Source of the DNA: a virus
Taxonomy: Duplodnaviria > Caudoviricetes
Virus record (IMG/VR): IMGVR_UViG_3300029288_000086
Span: 1-64,000 of that record
Length of the DNA: 64,000 nt
Reading direction: 5' to 3' (one strand)
This document shows positions 56,167 to 64,000 of the stretch, one piece after another (the stretch's first letter is position 1; every line of letters begins with the position of its first letter). The translations under genes and the position numbers were made by a program. The notes beneath the pieces were generated by a model that was given only the letters and a program-made list of their open reading frames with translations, was not told where the DNA came from and did not search any database.

Positions 56167-57721
56167 ATGACCACTACAAAAGAAAACGCCGAAACAGCAT
56201 CAGAATCATTAAAAAATCGAGCTTCAAAATCGCTTATCCAGCTCATCTATCAGGCATCTCAAGGGCAACAATATGTAAATGTGCAATCAGCAAGAAATAT
56301 TATCGAAGATATTGTCGCAGCATCACTTTTAGAAAATCAATTGTTAATAAACACAGCTATAAAAACACCAAAGGAGAAAAATTAAAATGACAGACGAAGG
56401 CAAAAAATTGCAGCAAATTCAAATTCAAAAGAGTTATAATTTTTTAAAAGAAGAACGAGTAGTTACAAGCAAAGATACAGCATTTAAATGGATATATGAA
56501 ATCGCCCAAGACTACGATGGAGCAGAAGATATCGGAGGTTTACGAGCAGTAATTGATGAACTCGCCGCCTATGCCTTGCTTGGGAAAGAATGTTCAGAAT
56601 AATATGAGTAAATCTCAAATATATGACCCAAATACCTTGACAAGAATGAGCTTTCGTGATAGACTATATCAATGGCTATCAAAGAAATTACCTTGGAGAT
56701 TGGTCTGGTTTTGTGTAATTAGAGCATTGGGTATATACAATTCTTATCGAAGATTATACCCAAATACTTTCAATATGCCTACATCTGGACTTACTGTAAT
56801 AGAGTTAATTCATAGGTTGGATGAAAAAAGATTCGATGAATGGGAGCAATAATTATTGAAAAAAATATGCTTTTATTGTGGAGAAGAAATTAATGAAAAA
56901 GATTTGTATTGGTCAGAACCAATAGAAGGTGCTTATCCCTCAAGATATGGTAACTTATTTTTTCATAAAGAAAAATGTTACAGAAAAATAAACAATATAC
57001 ATCGGTATATAAAGGACAATACTGAAAAGATATTAGAAACACTTACAAATAGCAATCCTCAAATACCAAAAAGACTAGATTCAAAAATACCTATAAACAA
57101 AAAAGAAGTAAAGAAAAATGAGAAAATTAAAACAGAAAAAACAAAAAGCAAGCATTATTCTAAAAGAAAGAGGTAGGAAACATGATTTCAAATTCTGAAA
57201 ATGAAATTTTAGATGCTATTCATTTTCCGCCAAAGAAAATTAATGTTGGAAAATATAGCGTAGAAATTAAAAATAAATTGCAAGAGGGAAATAAAGTAAA
57301 AATTGATATTGAAAAATATCGTCCACAAAAGGATTCTGGATCAATTACTGATACTTTCTGGAAATTTTTAGAAGACAATAAAGACACTGTTTTTACAATT
57401 TTCGCTCGTAATAAATATGGGATTATGTGGGGAATAGAAGAAGATGCGAGGTGGTCTTTATATAGCGATTTTTTAATTAAAGTTGAATAATTACAATAAA
57501 ACAATAATTTCATGGAGAATAATATGACAGTTGCATCTTATGTAATTTTAGGAATAGTCGGATGGATAATGTTTGGATCAATTGTTTTGGGTGGTATTGA
57601 CAAAAATCTAGAAATTACCAATTGGAAATTGCATGCTGTTTGGTGGTTGAGATTATTGGTAAATTTATTCTGGCCTATTATTGCTGTTATATATTTGAGT
57701 AAAAAGAATCACACGAAATGA
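56167..57721 (+). CDS. small hypothetical ORFs
   Basis: 56167-56385, 56387-56602, 56604-56852, 56856-57176, 57182-57490, 57512-57721. Confidence 0.65.
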
Positions 57722-57749
57722 ATATTGAGTTAGGAGAAAAATATAGTAA

Positions 57750-58301
57750 ATGATAAATAAATATATTATTGATAGTGATATTACACATATCGTCTTAAGA
57801 GAAACAGACACCGAATATATGGAAACATTGATTGATACTGAAGATTTACATAAATTAATAAATTTTAAATATAGTTGGTTTCCGGCATATTTGCAAAGCC
57901 CAAAGGCATACTACGCTCATTGTACAGAATATTTATCATCAAATCATGGCGTTCCAATTAATCGAACAATAGGGTTGCAGTGTTTTGTTTTAGACTTACA
58001 AGGGAACGATAATTGCCACGTAGATCATATAAACCATAATGCGCTAGACAACAGAAAAGAAAATTTAAGAATTATTAAAGCAAAAAACAATTTGACAAAT
58101 AGAAAATCAAGAAATTGTAACAATACTTCTGGGCATAGAAATGTATGCAAAATAAACAACAAATGGGTCGTACAATTACAAGTCAACGGCAAAAATACAA
58201 GATTAAAATCTTTTCCATTGGATAAATTAGATGAGGCTAGTGCATACGCAGAAGAGATGAGGCAATTACATTATGGAGATTTTGCAGGATTTGATTTATG
58301 A
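57750..58301 (+). CDS. HNH endonuclease with AP2-like DNA-binding domain
   Basis: VDHINHNALDNRKENLR, NTSGHRNV, W..Q..G. Confidence 0.85.
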   Translation: MINKYIIDSDITHIVLRETDTEYMETLIDTEDLHKLINFKYSWFPAYLQSPKAYYAHCTEYLSSNHGVPINRTIGLQCFVLDLQGNDNCHVDHINHNALDNRKENLRIIKAKNNLTNRKSRNCNNTSGHRNVCKINNKWVVQLQVNGKNTRLKSFPLDKLDEASAYAEEMRQLHYGDFAGFDL

Positions 58302-59017
58302 CTTATCAAATATATAATCAAAACAATACAAAAGTTTGTAGTCTACCAAAAGTAGATTTAATATATGCGGACATGATCTACGAGAATGAAAACCTTTCAT
58401 GGATTTATGATTTTTTCGATTTACTTAAACCCAATGGAATTTTTATCGTCCAAACGGATTTTCATACAAATTATTTAGTGAGAGATGTTCTTGAGAATAT
58501 CCGTCAAGCAACATTTGTAAATCATTTGGTTCAAAAAAACGAATGGGGCAACCATCCTAAGAATAGATTTCATCAATGCTATGATGACATTATAATTTTC
58601 TGTAATGGCAAAAATTGGAAATTTTATCCAGAAAGAATTCAAGTAGATAAAGTTACAAAAAACAAAGGACTGAATCCTTCAGGTAGGCAAACAAAACAAG
58701 CAACAGCATGGATAGACGATGTTTGTTTAACTACAACTTCAAAAGAACGAGTCAAGAAAGAAGATGGGCATTTGATTCGATGGCAAAAACCCTTAAAATT
58801 ATTTGACAGAATTATTGCCCCATTTACTGACGAAGGAGATGTAATATTAGATCCTTTTATGGGCAGTGGAAGTCTTGGAGAATGGTGTATAAAAAATAAT
58901 AGGAATTATGTCGGAATTGAATTAGATAAAAAGATTTTTGGACTAGCAAAACAAAGATTGGAAAAACTTACCCCACGAAATATCACTTTCATTGAAAAAG
59001 GACAAAAATATGTTTAA
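58298..59017 (+). CDS. DNA methyltransferase (beta class) with atypical catalytic motif
   Basis: VDLIYADMIY in place of DPPY; WQKP; ILDPFMGSGS; GIELD. Confidence 0.75.
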   Translation: MTYQIYNQNNTKVCSLPKVDLIYADMIYENENLSWIYDFFDLLKPNGIFIVQTDFHTNYLVRDVLENIRQATFVNHLVQKNEWGNHPKNRFHQCYDDIIIFCNGKNWKFYPERIQVDKVTKNKGLNPSGRQTKQATAWIDDVCLTTTSKERVKKEDGHLIRWQKPLKLFDRIIAPFTDEGDVILDPFMGSGSLGEWCIKNNRNYVGIELDKKIFGLAKQRLEKLTPRNITFIEKGQKYV

Positions 59018-59677
59018 TGATATGCCAAAGGGTTTTCCTAAAAATATAGGCATTATAAAGATACCTATAGGGCATCCTTATTCATATTCTAAAAATAAAA
59101 GAAAGGAGAATACAATGGAAATTTTAAGTAAAGATAAAATAAATAAATTAATAGATATGTATAGCATTGAAGATACCGTCAATACTTTTCTATCAAAAAC
59201 TATCAATAAATTTCCACTTACAGAAGATGAATTAAAATTAGCATTTCAGATTATTGATCGCTGTTTTGTAAAATATTATTTAGATTAGAATGGAAAATAA
59301 AATGATTAAATATTTTCACGAATTAACATTTGCTGAACATTTTGATATTTATAATAGGGCATTATCATGGAACAGAATAAGAAAAAAATATCCCGAGCCT
59401 CCCTGGTGCTCCAATGAAAACGCAGTTCAGGGATTGATGGGATGTGACAATTTGATGATACATGCAATTAAATCTGAACTAGATTGTCAAGAATGTAGAT
59501 TTTATAAGAGAGGAAAAACATGAACGATATTAGAATGTTAATAGAGCAACAATTAAAAGATTTTATTGATTTTCTAGCGGAAAGAAAATACTTTTTATTA
59601 TCTGAAAAAGAACATTCTAGAATCACTTTTAAAATTTTACAAGAATTAATTAATGAATATATGGAGAAAATTTAATT

Positions 59678-60505
59678 GTGCAAGCATATTTAAACATTGT
59701 AAAAGATATTTTAGATAATGGCGTATTAAAAGAAAATCGTACAGGTGTAAACGCTCTTGCTATTAGTGGAGCTATGTTTTCACATGATATGCGAGAAGGC
59801 TTTCCATTGCTTACCACAAAGAAAATGTCTTTAAAAAACATTGCAGTAGAATTAGAATTTTTTATCAAAGGCTTGAGCAGTAAAAAATGGCTACAAGATA
59901 GATGGAATTTTATATGGAATAGCTGGTGTAATCCACAAAAAGTTCCATATGGTACAGACGAAGAAACCAAGCGAAGAATGCGGGAAGAAGATGATTTGGG
60001 AGCAATTTATGGAAAGCAATGGCGTAATTTCGGCGGAGTCGACCAGCTAAAAAATGTTGTAAATACCTTGAAGGCAAATCCAAATGATCGCAGGATGATC
60101 GTAAGTGCTTGGAATCCACCAGAGCTAAACCAAATGGCACTTCCTCCTTGTCACTTAATGTTTCAAGTAATTGTAATTAATAATACAATTAATCTAAACT
60201 GGTATCAGCGCAGTGTAGACACAATGTTGGGATTGCCCTATAATATCGCATCTTACGGATTGTTGCTAGAACTTTTGGCAAAAGAATCCAATCTAATTCC
60301 TGCTAAATTATGTGGAATGCTAGGTGATGTGCATATTTATGAAAATCATATTGAAAATACAAAAATTCAATTATGGCGTGAACCAATGGAATTGCCATCT
60401 ATAGAAATAACTAATTTTACAAATATTTTTGATTGGACATACAAAGACTTTTCTTTAGAAAATTATAAATCACATCCTGCAATAAAATTTGATATAGCGG
60501 TATAA
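59678..60505 (+). CDS. thyA: thymidylate synthase
   Basis: NRTG, FPLLTTKK, YGKQWR, SAWNP, ALPPCH, QRSVD..LGLPYN, HIYENH. Confidence 0.97.
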   Translation: MQAYLNIVKDILDNGVLKENRTGVNALAISGAMFSHDMREGFPLLTTKKMSLKNIAVELEFFIKGLSSKKWLQDRWNFIWNSWCNPQKVPYGTDEETKRRMREEDDLGAIYGKQWRNFGGVDQLKNVVNTLKANPNDRRMIVSAWNPPELNQMALPPCHLMFQVIVINNTINLNWYQRSVDTMLGLPYNIASYGLLLELLAKESNLIPAKLCGMLGDVHIYENHIENTKIQLWREPMELPSIEITNFTNIFDWTYKDFSLENYKSHPAIKFDIAV

Positions 60506-60916
60506 GGAGGTAAAATGACATCAAAAGAGGAAAAAGATTTCACAGAGAAAGTAATTAGATTGTCATACAAATGTGCAAACGAATTGAACATCAAGAGAGA
60601 AGATATTGTTAGTCAAATTTTTATAAAATGGCTTATCGACAAAGTAGATAATTTTGAAAAGGAATCTCATAAAAATGAAGACAAAAATATTGATATTGCT
60701 GTATAATCCTAAAACCAAAGAATACATTGAATCACTATCCAATGAAAGTGACATTTCATGGTGTGAGGGTTGGGTTAAGGCAATGGATTTTAGTGACATG
60801 TTTTTTATTAAGAGATGGATATTGAGATTAAGGTTAGAGTATAAGTTTAGGGATTTAGGGCTAAGTTTGAGATGGAAAAAAGTGTTAGTATTTGATGGGG
60901 TTAGGGGTGTGGTGTA

Positions 60917-61630
60917 ATGGTATCTGTAAAAGATAAAAACATACATGTTTGCGCAATTTGTAATAGAGAAGGATTAAGAGACTCAGTTAAGTTTTCTAAA
61001 AAATATAATAATTTTTTATGTAAAAAACATAAATTCCAATATAATAATTTTGGAAAATTTCTAGACAACTCTCAAATGAGCACAAAAGATAAAAATGAAA
61101 TTATAATAAAAGAAGAATACGCAGAAATAATTTTGAGGAATAAAAAATATAATGAAATAGGTAGATCTTTAATAGATATAGATGATATTGAAAAAATAAA
61201 AGATATAAAATGGGGATTAGAAACTAGCAAAAACACTCAATATTGTAGAGGGAAATACAATGGGAAATTGATAAAAATACATAGGTTTTTGTTAGGTGTA
61301 TTGGAAAATAAAAATGTGCAAATAGACCATATTAATAGAAATAGGCTAGACAATAGAAAAAGCAATTTAAGAATTTGTACGAGACTTGAAAACTCTCAAA
61401 ATAGTGAATTACAAATAAATAGCTCGTCTGGATATTTGGGAGTTAATTATGATAAAACTAAAGGTTTATGGATGTCAGTGATACAGGCATACAAAAAAAG
61501 AATACGTCTTGGAGGATTTAAAACAAAAGAAGAAGCATTGGTCGAAAGATTAAAAGCAGAGAAAGAATATTTTGGAGAATACGCCCCTCAAAAACATTTG
61601 TTCGAGCAATATGTGATAGATCAATTATGA
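60917..61630 (+). CDS. HNH endonuclease with AP2-like domain
   Basis: IHRFLL, IDHINRNRLDNRKSNLR, SGYLGV, LGGF.T.EEA...R..AE..YFGEY. Confidence 0.85.
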   Translation: MVSVKDKNIHVCAICNREGLRDSVKFSKKYNNFLCKKHKFQYNNFGKFLDNSQMSTKDKNEIIIKEEYAEIILRNKKYNEIGRSLIDIDDIEKIKDIKWGLETSKNTQYCRGKYNGKLIKIHRFLLGVLENKNVQIDHINRNRLDNRKSNLRICTRLENSQNSELQINSSSGYLGVNYDKTKGLWMSVIQAYKKRIRLGGFKTKEEALVERLKAEKEYFGEYAPQKHLFEQYVIDQL

Positions 61631-62178
61631 AAAATAAAACAATATGTTGTGACGTAGATGGTGTATGCGCTGATTTAATGAAAAGATGGTTATTTGAATA
61701 TAACGAAAGTTATTCTGATAACCTTAAATCCGAAGACATAAAAAGTTGGGATACAGACTTGTATGTAAAAACAGAATGTGGTAAAAATATTTATAATTAT
61801 ATAAAATATCCTAATGAAAAAATTTATAATTATGTCGAACCTATTGATGGATCTATTAATGGAATAAATTTTCTTAGAGAAAATGAATATAAAATTATTT
61901 TTGTTACAGCATTTGAACCCAAATTTTCTTATGTAAAATTTAATTGGCTGAACAAATGGGGATTCCTAAAAGAAAAATCAGAATATGTTGAAACATTAGA
62001 CAAAAGCATTATAGGATGTGATTTTATGATTGACGATAAATTTGAAAATGTAGAATCTTGTTCTGGAATTGGCGTATTGTTTACTCAACCACATAATAAG
62101 AATAACGATTGGTATCCACGAGCAAATAATTGGACTGAAGTAATTAAAATTATAGAAGGATATCCCATAAATGAATAA
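61627..62178 (+). CDS. 5'(3')-deoxyribonucleotidase (HAD)
   Basis: CDVDGVCAD, FVTA, K..WL, DK, IDD, PHN. Confidence 0.85.
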   Translation: MKNKTICCDVDGVCADLMKRWLFEYNESYSDNLKSEDIKSWDTDLYVKTECGKNIYNYIKYPNEKIYNYVEPIDGSINGINFLRENEYKIIFVTAFEPKFSYVKFNWLNKWGFLKEKSEYVETLDKSIIGCDFMIDDKFENVESCSGIGVLFTQPHNKNNDWYPRANNWTEVIKIIEGYPINE

Positions 62179-62704
62179 GGTAATTGTTATTTCTGGAAAG
62201 GCACAACATGGCAAAGATTCCGTTGCTGAACTTTTAAAACAAAAATTGAATGGTAAAACTTTAATTTTGCATAATGCGGATTATTTAAAATATATTGCAA
62301 AAGAATACATGGGTTGGGACGGTAAAAAATCAGAGTCTGGAAGGCACCTTCTTCAGCAACTTGGGACAGAACAAGTAAGAGAGGGTTTAAAACGCCCTCT
62401 GTTTTGGGTAGAAAAAAGTTGTGATGTTATTGATATATTATCACAAGAATTTGATTATTTTATCATACCGGATACGCGATTTTTCAACGAAATCTATTAC
62501 CCACAAGCTAGATTCCCAGAAAAGGTTATATCTATTAGGGTAGAACGATTAAATTTTGATAATGGTCTTACACCAGAGCAGAAAAAACATTCTTCAGAAA
62601 CAGGGCTAGACCATTTTAAATTTGATTACAAAATTAAATCAGAAAGTGGTTTGGATAATTTAGAAATAGAAGTTAATAGAATTGTACCATTTTTAGAAAA
62701 ATAA
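62171..62704 (+). CDS. deoxynucleotide monophosphate kinase
   Basis: ISGKAQHGKD, R..LQ.LGTE, IPDTRF.NE, HSSE. Confidence 0.8.
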   Translation: MNKVIVISGKAQHGKDSVAELLKQKLNGKTLILHNADYLKYIAKEYMGWDGKKSESGRHLLQQLGTEQVREGLKRPLFWVEKSCDVIDILSQEFDYFIIPDTRFFNEIYYPQARFPEKVISIRVERLNFDNGLTPEQKKHSSETGLDHFKFDYKIKSESGLDNLEIEVNRIVPFLEK

Positions 62705-62725
62705 ATTTTATAAAGGAGATAGACG

Positions 62726-64000
62726 TTGACAGAAACATTTCCAAATGTAAGAAAATTATCAAAAACAGCAGAAAATATTTTAAAACAAAGATACTATAAT
62801 AAAGATGTAGGTGAAAGTTCATGGGAAGAGTTAGTAGACAGGGTAATTAATAATGTAATTCCCGATAGTAAAAATAAAGAATTGTCAAGAGAAATGATTT
62901 TGAATACTTATTTTGTTCCAAATTCACCTTGTTTAGTCAATGCAGGCAAAAAGAATGCTGGACTATCAGCTTGTTATGTTGTAGATTTTCCAGACACTAT
63001 TGAAGGAATTTTCAAAACAAAGCTTGATTTCGCACTTGTAGCTAGGAAAGGTGGTGGTTGTGGAACTAGTTTAACCAAGATCAGGCCAGAAGGAAATTCT
63101 GTAGCTGGAAGTACTCACGGGTATGCAGGTGGCCCAATTAGATTTGCTGATACTATTTCTCATGATGCAGAAGCTATGACTCAAGCAGGTTTTAGAAGTA
63201 TGGCAATTATGTTCACCATGTCTGTCTATCACCCAGATATTATTAAATTTATTAATGCAAAGCATGGAGATACCGAAGACGCAGAAGAAAAACGCATTTC
63301 TAATGCGAACATGTCAGTAGTAGTCGATGATAAATTTATGAATGCGGTAAAAAATGGAGATAAATACTGGACTGAGTTTGATGGGAAAAAATATCAAGAA
63401 TATGACGCAAAAACTGTATATGACTTGATTATTGATGGTGCATGGAGAAATGGTGAACCTGGCCTCCTCTTTCAGGATGCAATAGATAAATCTCCATATA
63501 AAGAAGTAGGACAAGAAATATTTGGAACAAATCCGTAAACTTACTGTGCGGCATATATTAGTGATAATTTATGAAAACTCTGAATATCGGCGAAACTCTA
63601 GAAGTAGACAACGCCGAGGGATAGATTGAAAGATAAGCCCGTAGAGACTACCAAGGAGCATCTTGTAAAAGATGGTGGCATAGTCCAAACTACAAATATA
63701 ACAAAATGAAATTGTAGAGCTTACGGCAGTGAGCAACCACTTCCACCTAATGGAGTATGTAATTTAGGTTCTTTGGATATTGGAAAATTCTTAACTAAAA
63801 ATAAACAAATCGATTGGGACAAATTGGAATTCTCAACACGATTGGCTGTTGAATTTTTAGATAGCGTTATTGATAAAACAACATACCCAACAAAAGAAAT
63901 CGGAGATTGGAGTTTTGCAAATAGACCAATTGGTTTGGGGATAATGGGATATGCCGATTATCTTTTGATGACACAAACAGCATACGGATCAGAAAAAGCC
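62726..64000 (+). CDS. nrdJ: ribonucleotide reductase, probably class II (B12-dependent); exon 1 62726-63536, exon 2 63726->64000 (runs off the window)
   Basis: PNSPCLVNAG, SACYV, GGGCG, NANMSV, GEPG; splicing restores GTNPCSEQPLPPNGVCNLGS...RPIGLGIMG. Confidence 0.9.
63537..63725 (+). ncRNA. group I intron (189 nt, no homing endonuclease ORF)
   Basis: 5' exon ends CCGT and pairs with GCGG (U.G at the splice site); terminal G 63725; P10 ACTGT/GCAGT; P4 TCGGCG/CGCCGA; R element AGAGACTA and S element ATAGTCC; removal restores the frame and the TGC codon. Confidence 0.92.

Larger units (their letters stand above)
44379..60759. repeat. Palindromic gene-junction site family, cluster 3 (20 copies)
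   Basis: Left-arm starts: 44379, 44708, 44953, 45284, 46975, 47308, 47514, 47972, 48269, 49832, 50662, 51121 (degenerate), 53239, 53680, 54871, 55324, 56132, 57496, 58975, 60742. Confidence 0.95.

Noticed and set aside
58386-58400. ATGAAA-ACC-TTTCAT and similar near matches (2261, 29126, 34533, 45770, 57713)
   Set aside because: Wrong spacer length or a poor arm; not counted, though some may be decayed sites.
1-60759. Junction repeats as a CRISPR array, integron attC sites or rho-independent terminators
   Set aside because: Spacing is gene-sized and irregular and no cas genes are present; no RYYYAAC/GTTRRRY boxes; stems are AT-rich, often mismatched and lack U-tracts.
60821-60914. TTAGGG-like G-rich repeats
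   Set aside because: Only three scattered copies inside a short C-poor ORF; consistent with compositional skew.
466-63514. All minus-strand ORFs in the track
   Set aside because: They shadow RBS-preceded + strand genes, lack recognisable motifs and have antisense-like composition.
1-64000. Stop-codon reassignment as in some large phages
   Set aside because: Long conserved genes are uninterrupted in code 11, TAA/TGA/TAG all end genes, and no suppressor tRNA is present; the one premature stop (nrdJ) is explained by an intron.

Overview
AT-rich segment of a large dsDNA bacteriophage genome (no structural genes in the window; standard genetic code; essentially all genes on the + strand). It contains a ~14 kb glycan-biosynthesis block (6604-20680: epimerase, UDP-galactopyranose mutase, GT2/GT4/GT11/GT17/GT25-like transferases, four FkbM-type methyltransferases), a tyrosine recombinase (26867-27775), a tRNA/structured-RNA island (35.6-36.5 kb), a replication block (AAA recombinase, SSB, primase-helicase, DnaE; 37.1-43.7 kb), nucleotide-metabolism genes (thyA, deoxyribonucleotidase, dNMP kinase, class II RNR split by a 189-nt group I intron inside the catalytic Cys codon), three DNA methyltransferases, three free-standing HNH genes and about 100 small unknown ORFs. 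The most striking unexplained structure is a family of ~54 palindromic sites, consensus (A)CCCC-ATRAAA-N6-TTTYAT-(G/T)GGG (dif-like 11-6-11 geometry, every 6-bp spacer different). They sit at the junctions of the small accessory genes, often supply their stop codons, and are absent from the glycan and replication blocks. With the intact tyrosine recombinase in the middle of the array, this suggests a phage-encoded gene-cassette (integron/pdif-like) acquisition and shuffling system. All counts were made by eye; protein family calls rest on motif recognition, not database searches.
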